Source: Ilumatobacteraceae bacterium (GTDB lineage: Bacteria > Actinomycetota > Acidimicrobiia > Acidimicrobiales > Ilumatobacteraceae). From it: a DNA stretch of 64,000 bases. A program made the translations under genes and the position numbers. The stretch spans positions 22,146-86,145 of the forward strand of contig CAWHJD010000014.1 in assembly GCA_963829585.1 (NCBI GenBank). Direction: 5' to 3'. Under the pieces are notes generated by a model. The model had not been told where the DNA came from. It worked only from the letters and a program-made list of their open reading frames with translations, and did no database searches. Positions 17,437 through 27,145 of the stretch are shown here, piece by piece (within the stretch, counting starts at the first letter, position 1; each line of letters starts with the position of its first letter).

Positions 17437-19057
17437 ATGTCCCGCAGGATTGATATCGAGCTCACGAGCGCGCTCCCCGACGGCTCGTGGACGTGGCGCG
17501 CCGCTGGCGCCCGCAAGCCCAACGGGCAGATGGATGCCAGCTTGCTGCCACCCGGATCGGCCGTCGGTGACGTGCTGAAGGCCGAGATCGAGCAGATGCT
17601 CGACGGCATCGAGGTCCAGTCGATCGTCAAGACACGTGACAAGGCGGAAGACGCCAACGTCCTCGAGCTCCTCCCGAGCGAGAAGCCGTTCGAAGCCGTG
17701 ATCGAAACCCGTGCCAAGCGTGACCGTGGTGAGCGTCGAGAAGGACGCGACAGCCGCGACGGACGGGGTCGCCGTGACGCGAAGCGCGACGGTGGGCGCC
17801 GTGACGGTGCGCGCGACGGTGGGCGCGATGGTGCGCGCGACGGTGGGCGCGATGGCGAGGGTTCCGGCAAGGGCCGCTCCGACCAGCGTCGCCAGCGCCC
17901 TCATTTCGAGGCTCCGCCCGAACTGCCCCAGCGCCCGAAGCCGAAGCGGTTGCGCCCCGGCAAGGCACGGCGCAACGCCGTGCTCGCCGACCTCCCCGAG
18001 GAGCAGCGTCCGATCGCCGAGATGGCCCTGCAGGGGATGTCGGCTGTCCGCGCCCGTGTGAGGGAAGAGAACGCGAAGCTCGAGGCCGCCGGACAGCCCA
18101 CGATGCCCGAGCAGTCGGTCGTCAAGATGGCCGAGGACATGCTCCCCAAGCTGCGCGTCGCGGAATGGCTCGACCGCGCGGAGGCCGCACAACGTCAGAT
18201 GGAGCACCTCGACCTGCGCGACCTGCGCAGCGTCGTCGCCGCCGGCGAGGACCCGAGCGTCGCTCGCGACGAGTCGACCCGCGCCGTGGCCGACGACCTC
18301 AAGCAGTCGCTGGTTCGCAAGCAGGAGGAGGAACTCACCCTGTGGTTCGGCGACATCGACGCCGCAATCGGCGTGGGTCGTGTCATCCGTGCGCTGCGGC
18401 TCTCGTCGCAGCCGCCCAAGGCGGGCGTCATGTTCCCGCCGGATCTGGCGCGTCGCCTCGGCGAGGCCGCGACGGCAGCTCTCCAGCCTGATGATCCCGC
18501 CGACCGCTGGATCGCGCTGCTCGAAGCAGCGGCGTTCTCGCCGGTTCGCACGCTCGTGACACCCACCGCTCCACCTGCGGTGATCACCGACGATCTGAAG
18601 GCCACCACCATCCGGCTCGGCCCTGCCCTGCCGCAGATCGCGGCGTTGCTCGGCATCGAGATCCCTGCCGGCACACCCAAGCCGAAGCCGCTGCGCGCCG
18701 GGCCGCCCCGCAAGGACGCACGCAAGGATGGGCGCAACGACGGGCGCAACGAGAGCCGGTCAGGCGCAAAGGGCGCCCGTGCCGACGATCGCCCCCGCCC
18801 GTCGAAGGGCGAGGCGAAGCCCACCAAGGTGCCGGACGACGCGCCGGTCGAAGCGCAAGCCCCACCGGTCGAACCGAGCAGCCGAGACGACCGTTGCGCC
18901 CGCAGAGTCGGCCCCGGTCGACTCGCCGGTCGAGCCTGCGGTTTCCGAGCCTGCGGTTTCCGAGCCTGCGGTTTCCGAGCCGCAGGTCGAAGCTGCCACT
19001 GACGAAGCCGTGGTCGACGAAGCGGCGACTGACGAAGCGGCCACGTCCGGCGCCTGA
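17437..19057 (+). pseudogene. conserved-looking hypothetical protein with Arg/Asp/Gly repeats and an acidic repeat tail, one frame break as sequenced
   Basis: MSRRIDIELTSALPDGSWTWRAAGARKPNG... A 24-bp repeat encodes GARDGGRD twice (about 17806-17853). The C-terminus continues in the next frame (AETTVAPAESAPVDSPVEPAVSEPAVSEPAVSEPQVEAATDEAVVDEAATDEAATSGA), with the junction near 18875-18882. Confidence 0.65.
18932..18976 (+). repeat. perfect 15-bp x3 in-frame tandem repeat (GAGCCTGCGGTTTCC; EPAVS)
   Basis: Three identical consecutive 15-mers read directly from the sequence, inside the C-terminal tail of the 17437-19057 gene. Confidence 0.9.
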
Positions 19058-19102
19058 GCGGGGTTCGCTCCGCTCGGCCCGCGACGCCTACGATCCTTCG
19101 CC

Positions 19103-19888
19103 ATGTCCGAGATCGTCACGTACGAAGCCCGCGACCGCGTCGCGCTCATCACCCTGAACCGACCTGATGCCCGCAATGCGGTCAACGGCGACGTCGCCCA
19201 GGCGATGGAGGCCGCCATCGACCGGATGGAGGACGACGGCGACATCTGGGTGGGCATCATCCAGGCCAACACCGAGGGACAGGACCGACCGGTCTTCTGC
19301 GCCGGGGCCGACCTGAAGGCGATCAACTCGGGCGCCGGCGGTTCGCTGATGACCGAACGGGGCGGGTTCGCCGGCTTCGCCTATCGCGAGCGCAAGAAGC
19401 CGGTCATCGTCGCCGTCGACGGCCTCGCCACTGCAGGAGGCTGTGAGATCGTCCTGGCTGCCGATCTCGTGGTCGCCACGACCCGGTCGGCCTTCGGGTT
19501 GGCCGAGGTGAAGCGCAACCTCGTGGCCGGCGCCGGCGGCCTCTTCCGGCTCCCTCGTGCGATCGGTCGCTCGGCAGCCATGGAACTGATCCTCACCGGC
19601 GAGCCCCTGGCGGCACAACGCGCCTACGAACTGGGCCTCGTCAACCGTCTCGTCGAGCCCGGCGAGGCCACCGAGGAGGCCCTGCGCCTCGCTGCTCAGA
19701 TCACTGCGTCGGCCCCGCTCGCCGTGTGGGAGAGCCGCAAGGTCGTACTCGCTGCGGCGACACAGGACGACGAGACGCTCAAGCGGATGACCGATTCGGC
19801 CATGGGCGTCGTGATGCGCTCGGAGGATCTGTCCGAAGGCCTGACCGCCTTCATCGAGAAGCGCCCCCCGCAATGGAAGGGCCGCTGA
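19103..19888 (+). CDS. enoyl-CoA hydratase/isomerase (crotonase) family protein
   Basis: Intact 261 aa. ALITLNRPDARNAV, FCAGADLK, VAVDGLATAGGCEIVLAADL. Confidence 0.85.
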   Translation: MSEIVTYEARDRVALITLNRPDARNAVNGDVAQAMEAAIDRMEDDGDIWVGIIQANTEGQDRPVFCAGADLKAINSGAGGSLMTERGGFAGFAYRERKKPVIVAVDGLATAGGCEIVLAADLVVATTRSAFGLAEVKRNLVAGAGGLFRLPRAIGRSAAMELILTGEPLAAQRAYELGLVNRLVEPGEATEEALRLAAQITASAPLAVWESRKVVLAAATQDDETLKRMTDSAMGVVMRSEDLSEGLTAFIEKRPPQWKGR

Positions 19889-19891
19889 CGC

Positions 19892-20344
19892 TCAGAGCCA
19901 CTTGAACGTGACGATGAGACGGGCGACGATGCCCGCTCGTTCGTAGAGGTTCTTGGTCTGACGGTCACCGGGCAGCGCCTGGCCCTCCACGGCCACCGCT
20001 CCCCTGGTGCGTGCCGTCGCGATCGCCGTCGCCAGGAGTTCGTCGCCGAACCCGAGCTCACGGGCCTCGGGGGTGACCCAGACCTGGTCGATGCGAACCA
20101 CGTGATCAGGACCCAGATCGGCAACGAGGTAACCGACGACCACGTCGTCGATTCCTGCGACGTACACGTCCGACTCGTCGCACCGCAACGCCCACGCGTC
20201 GTCCACCGCGGGGTGTTCGACGAGCCAGCGATCGCCGCCACGTTGCCCGACGAGGGCGGCGCGCGCCTCTCGTTCCAGCAGTGCCAGCTGGGCGAGATCG
20301 TCGCCGCTGGAAGGATCGGCGGCGCGTACCGTCGGGTCGATCAT
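19892..20344 (-). CDS. GNAT-family N-acetyltransferase
   Basis: ATG at 20344 overlaps the upstream stop (ATGA). IDQVWVTPEARELGFGDELLATAI (acetyl-CoA-binding R/Q-x2-G-x-G/A) and NLYERAGI. 150 aa. Confidence 0.75.
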   Translation of the reverse strand: MIDPTVRAADPSSGDDLAQLALLEREARAALVGQRGGDRWLVEHPAVDDAWALRCDESDVYVAGIDDVVVGYLVADLGPDHVVRIDQVWVTPEARELGFGDELLATAIATARTRGAVAVEGQALPGDRQTKNLYERAGIVARLIVTFKWL

Positions 20345-20734
20345 GCCTCCCTCAGCTGTGCCAGCTTGCCGAGGATGGTACGTCGATGGCGGCCATGGAG
20401 CTCGTAGGCCTCGATCGCGTCGCGCTCGTCGGGGTTCGAGACCCGCCAGCATCGACACGATGTCGGACGCCGGGAGATGGTCGTAGTCGGCGAGCGCCAG
20501 GGTCGTGGAGTCGATGACGCTCTCCGCGGAGGGTTCGACCGCGACAGCTGCGTCGTTCGACGGCTCGACCTGCTCCTCCTCGGGCGTCTCGGCGGGCACC
20601 AGGAGCGACTCGAGTCGCTGGCGGACCTCTCGAACTCCTTGATCGACGGCGAGCTTGCCGAGGAATCGCGCGAGGACGATCTCGCGTTGGACACGACCGA
20701 TCGCTGCAGGGACCTGATCCAGCAGCGTGGTCAT
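20341..20734 (-). pseudogene. conserved actinobacterial hypothetical protein, one frame break as sequenced
   Basis: MTTLLDQVPAAIGRVQREIVLARFLGKLAVDQG...LALADYDHLPASDIVSMLAGLEP continues in the next frame as DERDAIEAYELHGRHRRTILGKLAQLREA. The extra base is in the GGGG run at 20431-20434. Length 394 = 3n+1. Confidence 0.65.
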
Positions 20735-20741
20735 GAGAGTC

Positions 20742-21245
20742 TCAGGAGCTGAAGATCGGGCAGTCGTCGTCGCCGATGGGACAGTTCGGCGCGCTCGACT
20801 TCACCAGGAGGAAGCAGGACGAACAGAGTTGTTCGTCCTGCTGCTTGGGCAGGAGACGCTCGCCGCCCTCACCGCGCACATCGGGCTCGTCGTCCTCGTC
20901 GTCCTCGTCGTCCTCGTCGGAGGCAACGAGGCGATCCTTCAGGATCTTGTCGAGGTCCTCTTCGACGTCGTCGTCGGCCATGAGCTCGTCGTCGTCTTCG
21001 TCCTCGTCGTCGTCGACGCGCTTCTTGCGCTTGGTCCGCGGCGTTTCGGGAGCGGCGTCTTCGTCTTCGTCCTCGTCGGAGACGACGACGTCGTCATCGT
21101 CGTCGTCAGCGGGAACGTCGTCCTCGTCCAGGTCGATGTCGTCGACATCCAGGTCGATGTCGACGACGTCGACCTCGGCGTCGTCGGTCTCTTCCTCGCC
21201 GAGCTCGTCGTCGGATTCGATGTCGGTGATGTCGTCGTCAGCCAT
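20742..21245 (-). CDS. DUF4193-family protein (extremely acidic, C-terminal Cys cluster)
   Basis: Intact 167 aa. Long D/E tracts, then QDEQLCSSCFLLVKSSAPNCPIGDDDCP. Confidence 0.75.
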   Translation of the reverse strand: MADDDITDIESDDELGEEETDDAEVDVVDIDLDVDDIDLDEDDVPADDDDDDVVVSDEDEDEDAAPETPRTKRKKRVDDDEDEDDDELMADDDVEEDLDKILKDRLVASDEDDEDDEDDEPDVRGEGGERLLPKQQDEQLCSSCFLLVKSSAPNCPIGDDDCPIFSS

Positions 21246-21344
21246 GTGGTCGTTTCGGTCTCGTCGTGCGGCGGGTCACCGAAGTAATCGGCGCTTGCGG
21301 CGGGAGCATAGGCGTGGGTCGGCGATCGACCGGGAGACCGAGCG

Positions 21345-21360
21345 TGTGACACCGGTCACA
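21345..21360. promoter_or_regulatory. perfect CRP/GlxR-type palindrome TGTGA-N6-TCACA
   Basis: TGTGACACCGGTCACA read directly, about 100 nt upstream of the DUF4193 gene start (21245) and just downstream of the thyX stop. Confidence 0.4.
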
Positions 21361-21377
21361 TCACCGCTGGAGGCGGT

Positions 21378-22980
21378 TCACGAACCCTCTCGGCGGGCCT
21401 CGGCGCGGCGCTCCGATTCCAGGCGCTCGAGTTCGGGCGCATGCGTGGTCATGTGCGACATCGTGGCGGCGATCGCGTGATGCCCCGCCTGTTGCCCGAT
21501 CAGTCGATGCATCTCCAGAGCCACCCGACGGTACGACGGATGACCTTGCGGCGACGACCGCAACTCGAGCATGTGTATCGCCTCGCGAGCATTGAACTGC
21601 ATGACGTAGCGCATCCGATAGGCCATCGACACCGCGTACGGCGCCTGGTCGGGATAGTCGTTGTCGAGCGCGTCGTACAGCGACGCCGACCGGTGCATCG
21701 CCTCGTCGAACTCCGCGCCCAATCCCGCCTCGTCGACCAGATCGGGCCGGGAGTAGCCGTGATTCGGCGTCAGACGCTGCCATTCGATCGTGAGCATGCG
21801 ATGTCGCTGCATGTCACGGAACGCCCCGTAGTCGCTCAGCACGTCGAATCGGTAGAACGAACGCTCGAAGGCCCGCCCGGGCTTGTGGCGGCGATTCTCC
21901 CGCTCGCCGACGTACGCCTTGAGCAGCGACACGCGCTCGTCGACGCCCAGGCGCCGGACACGGTCGAGCAGCTGGTGCTCGGGCAACGTCGAGTGCGAGT
22001 AGCAGATGGCTGCGAGCAGCTTGTCCTCGGCCTCCGGATCGAAGTCGACGAGTTCGACTTCGGCCGCCGCATCGACCGGAGTACTGCCGAACAGTTCGTC
22101 GACCAGTGCGGCCGTGTCGTGGCGCGTTGCCGCGAGGTACTCGCTCCAGCGTCCACCGCGTTCGGGGAGGTCGACCCGGCGCAGGAAGCTCGGGATGACC
22201 TTGCGGAGTTCGTGGAGCATGAGTTCGGAGTACTCGCGCGACTCGGGCAGCGGATTGCGCGCGCATGCGCAGCAGCAGTGCCTCGAAGGCCTGGCCGGTG
22301 CCGTAGATGCCGACGTTGGAGGTTGCAGCGGCCGGCAGGATGCCGCGAACGGCATCGAGCGCCTTGGCCCGGGTGGCGGTGCGATACACGAACTCGCTGT
22401 CGTCGGGCCCTCGTTGGACCGTCGAACGCACGTGCTCGGTGACCAGATCGACGCTGCGGCTGTAGGCATCGAAGATCCGGTCGAGATCGCCGACGTACCG
22501 GGTGCCGAGCGGGCCGGCGAGCACCGCCGGATCCCGGTAGTAGCGGTACCGTCCACCGAGCCGTGCGTCGTAGGAGATGTAGCGGGTGCTCTGCTCGAGG
22601 TAGCTCATCAACCGGCCCCACTCGAGGATCTTCGTGAGCAGGTTCGACGCCTGCTCACAGGCCAGGTGGACCCCGCCGAGCTGGGCGACCGAGTCGTCGC
22701 CGTAGTCGAAGAACACCCGCTCGTACAGCTCCTCGGCGCGGTCGAGGCCGATCGTGGCATCGACCGAATGGTCGCCGCTCACGTCGAGGTCACCGACGAA
22801 CTCGTCGAGGAACAGACGGCGCAGCGACTTGTGGCTGCGGCTGTAGCGGGCGAACAGTGCGCCTTTGACGACCTCGGGCAGATTGACCAGTGCGAACACC
22901 GGGCCATCGAGGTTGGTGAAGTACCGGCGCAGCACGTCGGCTTCGTCCGCGCTGAAGGACTCGGGGACGTACACAGCCAC
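21378..22980 (-). pseudogene. thyX: long (two-domain, about 530 aa) FAD-dependent thymidylate synthase ThyX-like protein, one frame break as sequenced
   Basis: N-terminal half MAVYVPESFSADEADVLRRYFTNLDGPVFALVNLPEVVKGALFARYSRS... C-terminal half in the next frame, NPLPESREYSELMLHELRK...YGAFRDMQRHRMLT (RHR motif)...AREAIHMLELRSSPQGHPSYR. Junction near 22258-22266. Length 1603 = 3n+1. Confidence 0.75.
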
Positions 22981-23079
22981 GAGGAGTCACTCTAGAAGAG
23001 CAGAGCGCGAGCCCTCGGGATCCTCGGACGTCGCAAGGTCGCAGCGGCTCCGGCGACGACCCTGGGGCTCGGCCCCGGT

Positions 23080-23706
23080 TCAGGCGTACACGAGGGCGGC
23101 GTCGGGCGCCACGGTGACCTCGACGACGGTCGCCGAGCCGATCCGGCGACCGTCGACCGAGACGACCATCGGCCTGCGAAAGCTCCACGTCGCGGCGCGA
23201 ACGGATCGGGTGGCGATGCCGGGATGCGGAACGTGTGTTGCCGAACGAGCGCGACGACGTGCCTGCCGACGCAGGCGGACACCGAACGTCGAGCCGACTT
23301 CGAAGGTCTCGACGCGGCCGTCGTTCGGGTGCCCTCGGGGTGCAACGTCGTACTCACCGATGTACTCGGCGTTCATCACCACGACCACCGATCCGCGCCA
23401 CCAGCCACCTCGCCACCACGGATTCCTCACGACGACGTGTGCGCAGGCGATTGCCGTGACCACTCCCCCGTCGAGTCGGATGTCGATCAGGTCGACGGGG
23501 AGTTCGTTGACCGTCAGGCGACCCTCGAGGGACGGCGCGCCCAGGGTGCGGGCAAAATCGCCGTCGACGGCGAACACGGGCGGTCCGTCGCGGCCGTCAC
23601 GCGACGAGGACAGACACCGTGCGAGCTCGGGGTCGCCGGCCACGACGACGAGGTCGAGCGGTCGGTCGACCGTGCGACCCCAGGGTTCACCCGGCTTGAT
23701 CGTCAT
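23080..23706 (-). CDS. hypothetical protein (weak resemblance to the C-terminal part of DAG-kinase-like lipid kinases)
   Basis: Intact 208-aa ORF overlapping the helY 3' end by 20 nt. NAEYIGEYDVAPRGHPNDGRVE resembles the DAGK accessory-domain motif. Assignment is weak. Confidence 0.45.
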   Translation of the reverse strand: MTIKPGEPWGRTVDRPLDLVVVAGDPELARCLSSSRDGRDGPPVFAVDGDFARTLGAPSLEGRLTVNELPVDLIDIRLDGGVVTAIACAHVVVRNPWWRGGWWRGSVVVVMNAEYIGEYDVAPRGHPNDGRVETFEVGSTFGVRLRRQARRRARSATHVPHPGIATRSVRAATWSFRRPMVVSVDGRRIGSATVVEVTVAPDAALVYA

Positions 23707-26371
23707 GGTCGCTGGGGGCCGCGGCCGAGCTGTCGGCCACGACGCCGCGGAACGCCTGCTCGGCGGCCGATGCGGCTGACCGGCGGGTGGCCGGATCGGG
23801 TGCGATGATCGCCAGCTGTCGCAGCAGATCGATGAGCTGCTTCGTCGTGCGGACGAAGTCGCCGCCCGTCAGCTCCTCGTCGCCGACGACCTCGGCGAAA
23901 CCCTCCCCGGCGACCCAGGCGTGGGCGATCGCGGCAAACGTGGGATCCGGGGGGCGGTGTTCGCCGAGCCCGACGGAGCGCTCGGTCGCGCGGAGATCCT
24001 CACTGACGGCCATCAAGCGGCGCGAGCGACTCCGGACCTCGTCGGACGAGAACCACGGTGCAGGCGGTGCGTCGGAGCTGCGGTGTTCGTACACGAGCAT
24101 CGAGACGAGCGCTGCGAGGTCGGCCGGAGCGAGGTCGTCGAGCAACCCCGACCGGACGACCTCGGTGACGAGGAGGTCGGATTCGTGGAACGTCCGCGCG
24201 AGCATCTCGCCCGGCTCGGTGAGCGTCCAGGTGGCGCGATCGATGTAGCCGTAGGTCGTCAGCACGTCGAGAACCCGATCGAACTCCTTTGCCAACGACA
24301 GGTTCTTCCCGCTGACGCGCCGCTCGAGGTCGGCGATCTCACGTTCGATCCGGTCGGCCTGCCCGGCCGCTGCCACCTTCGCTCGCAGATCGGGGTCGCT
24401 CGCCACCGGGTGCTGGTCGGCGCGAGGGCCTGAATCGCGCCGGTCACGACGCTTCGAGCTCGAGGCGGGCTTCAGCTTGACGCCTCGGAGACGACGTGCC
24501 ACGTCGTTGCGGTACTCCTTGCGGTTCGGAGCGAAGTTCGCGGGCAGCACGACGGTGCCGACCGGGTACGGCGGCTCGTCGAAGTCCTCGGCCGTCGCAT
24601 GGATGCTCTTGGCCGACTTCGTGATCAGGGTGGCGCGCAGGCCGTCCTTGCGGTTCGCCGTCGCCACGACTGCGGCCGCGCCCCGATAGGTGCCCTTCGA
24701 GATGTGGACGACCGAACCCGGTCGCAACGCGGCGAGCGCCTCGGACACGGCGAGTCGGCGCTCGTCGCGGCCCGCGGCATCCCGGCCCTGCTGTTGATCG
24801 CGCAGCCGGCGGTACTCGTCGATGTCGCCGTACTCGCTCGCGGACTGCTCTCGTAGGTCGGCCAGCACCGCCCGGCGTCGTTCGAGCCTGGCTTCCAGTC
24901 GAACGACGTCGCGGTCGGCCTGGTACTGGGCGAACGAGAGGTTCAGGAGGTGGTGCGCCTCGTCGCTGCTGTACGTCCGAATGAGGTTGGCGGCCATGTT
25001 GTAGGTCGGATGGAACGCCGAGCGCAGGTGGAACGACGAGCTCCCGGCGAGTTCGGCCACCTCGTCGAATCGGACCCAGGGCGACCACAGGACGACGGCC
25101 GTACCCAGCTCGTCGATTCCACGACGCCCCGCTCGACCCGTCAGCTGGGTGTACTCACCGGGTGTGAGCCGCTCGTGGTGCTCGCCGGTGAACTTCGTCA
25201 GTTTCTCGATCACCACCGTCCGCGCCGGCATGTTGATGCCCACGGCCAGCGTCTCGGTGGCGAACACGACCTTCACCAGCCCTTCGACGAAACATGCCTC
25301 GACGACCTCCTTCATCGGCGGGACCATGCCGGCATGGTGGGCCGCGATCCCGCTCTCCAACTGCGTCACGAACTGCGTGAAGCCGAGCACGTGCAGGTCG
25401 GCTTCGTCGAGGCCACCGAGGCGCGCGTCGATGATCCGCGAGATCGCCGCACGTTCGTCGCTGGTCGTCAGGTCGAGGCCGGCGTCGACGCAGGCCTTGG
25501 CCGCCGCGTCGCACTGCGCCCTGCTGAAGATGAAGAAGATCGCCGGCAGGAGGCCGCGTGATCGGAGGAGTTCGACCGTCTCGACGCGACCCGGCGGGGC
25601 GAGCACCCTGCGACCGGATCCTTGATCACCCCGCGACGATCCCCGATCGTTGCGCGGACCCCCGTACCGTCCTCGCACGGCCGATTCATCGAGTTGCACG
25701 GCCTCGCGATTCACGTGTCCACCGACGAAGACGGGGAGCATCCGCAGGCGGTCGTTCGTCTTGTCGGCGACGAGGTATTCGTTGTCGAGACGTACAGGGC
25801 GTTGACGTTCGACGATCTCCGCGGTGGGCCCCCGTATGGTGCTGATCCACTCGGCGAGTTCGTCGACGTTGCTGACCGTTGCCGACAGACAGACGAGGCG
25901 GACGTGCTGGGGCAGATGGATCATCACCTCCTCCCACACCGGCCCCCGGTACGAGTCCTGCAGGAAGTGGACCTCGTCGAGGACGACGAGGCCGAGGTCG
26001 TGCAGGAGTCGCGACCTCCCGTAGATCATGTTGCGGAGGACCTCGGTGGTCATCACCACGATCGGCGCGTCGCCGTTGATCGAGTTGTCGCCGGTGAGCA
26101 GACCCACCTCGTCCTCGCTGTACATGGCGACGAGGTCACGGTACTTCTGGTTCGAGAGCGCCTTGACGGGCGCCGTGTAGAACGCCCGCATGCCGGCGCG
26201 TCGGGCGGCGTCGATGCCGTACTCGGCGACGACCGTCTTGCCGCTCCCGGTCGGCACGGCCACGACGACGTGCTCGCCACGATCGAGGGCGTCGAACGCC
26301 TCGTACTGGAACCGATCGAGCGGGAACGGGTACCGGGAGACGAACTCCGCCCGATCCGTGGTGGCGATCAC
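23687..26371 (-). CDS. helY: Ski2-like DEAD/DEAH-box RNA helicase (HelY)
   Basis: Intact 894 aa. Walker A VAVPTGSGKT, LDEVHFLQD, CLSATV, HHAGM. The long C-terminal Ski2/DSHCT-like region is an assumption, not checked. GTGA overlap with tatC. Confidence 0.9.
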   Translation of the reverse strand: MIATTDRAEFVSRYPFPLDRFQYEAFDALDRGEHVVVAVPTGSGKTVVAEYGIDAARRAGMRAFYTAPVKALSNQKYRDLVAMYSEDEVGLLTGDNSINGDAPIVVMTTEVLRNMIYGRSRLLHDLGLVVLDEVHFLQDSYRGPVWEEVMIHLPQHVRLVCLSATVSNVDELAEWISTIRGPTAEIVERQRPVRLDNEYLVADKTNDRLRMLPVFVGGHVNREAVQLDESAVRGRYGGPRNDRGSSRGDQGSGRRVLAPPGRVETVELLRSRGLLPAIFFIFSRAQCDAAAKACVDAGLDLTTSDERAAISRIIDARLGGLDEADLHVLGFTQFVTQLESGIAAHHAGMVPPMKEVVEACFVEGLVKVVFATETLAVGINMPARTVVIEKLTKFTGEHHERLTPGEYTQLTGRAGRRGIDELGTAVVLWSPWVRFDEVAELAGSSSFHLRSAFHPTYNMAANLIRTYSSDEAHHLLNLSFAQYQADRDVVRLEARLERRRAVLADLREQSASEYGDIDEYRRLRDQQQGRDAAGRDERRLAVSEALAALRPGSVVHISKGTYRGAAAVVATANRKDGLRATLITKSAKSIHATAEDFDEPPYPVGTVVLPANFAPNRKEYRNDVARRLRGVKLKPASSSKRRDRRDSGPRADQHPVASDPDLRAKVAAAGQADRIEREIADLERRVSGKNLSLAKEFDRVLDVLTTYGYIDRATWTLTEPGEMLARTFHESDLLVTEVVRSGLLDDLAPADLAALVSMLVYEHRSSDAPPAPWFSSDEVRSRSRRLMAVSEDLRATERSVGLGEHRPPDPTFAAIAHAWVAGEGFAEVVGDEELTGGDFVRTTKQLIDLLRQLAIIAPDPATRRSAASAAEQAFRGVVADSSAAAPSDHDDQAG

Positions 26372-27145
26372 GCCTCGGCCGGACGTCGACGCACGACCAA
26401 CCAGCCGACGAAGATCGCCAGGAAGTACAACACCATCATCGGAACCCCGAGCAACGCCATCGTGACCGGATCACCCGACGGGGTGATCACCGCAGCGACC
26501 ACGGCGATGATCACGAGCGCCATCCGCCAGCTCTTCAGGAGGCGGGTCGGCGACACGGCGTTCACGAGGATGAGCCCCACGATGAAGACCGGGAGGAGGA
26601 ATCCGATGCCGAACGCGAAGATCATCAAACCGATGAGCGCCACATAGCTCGTCACGGAGAAGATCTGGTTGACGTCGGAACCCGACCACGAGATCAGGAA
26701 CTCGAGTGCCTGTCCGACGGTGAGGTACGCCAGCGTGCCGCCGGCAGTGAAGAGCACGATCGACGTCAGGACGAACGGGACCGCGTACTTCTTCTCCTTG
26801 GCATTGAGCGCCGGAACGGTGAACCGCCAGATCTGCCACAGCAGCACGGGCAGTGCGGCGATGATGCCCGCCGTACATGCCGACTCGCATCCGGGTGGCG
26901 AGGCCCTCGGTCGGGCTGAACGTGTTGAGCGTGGGGTCGCAGAAGTCGGCAGGCTTGCGTGCACACAGTTCGACGTACGGCTGGATGAGGAAGTCGAGCA
27001 CCTGGTCGTAGAACGCGATGATCAGCACCATGCCGATCGAGATGGCCAACGCACTGCGGATGATGCGGACCCGGAGCTCGCCGAGATGCTCCGTCAGCGT
27101 CATCGTGTCGGGATCGGACTCCACGACGTCCTCGTCGGCGCTCAT
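26368..27145 (-). pseudogene. tatC: twin-arginine translocase subunit TatC, one frame break as sequenced
   Basis: MTLTEHLGELRVRIIRSALAISIGMV...RMRVGMYGG continues in the next frame as IIAALPVLLWQIWRFTVPALNAKEKKYAVPFV... The extra base is in the CCC run at 26867-26869 (plus strand). Length 778 = 3n+1. Confidence 0.9.

Noticed and set aside
20776-21480. 234-aa Ser-rich ORF (+) and 186-aa Val-rich ORF (20727-21287, +) over the DUF4193 locus. Also the Phe/Ala-rich ORF 7135-7860 (+).
   Set aside because: These are alternative-frame or antisense readings of extreme low-complexity coding DNA (the D/E tracts of DUF4193 and the AKKA tail of the 7140-7808 gene). The minus-strand readings have sensible domain organisation.
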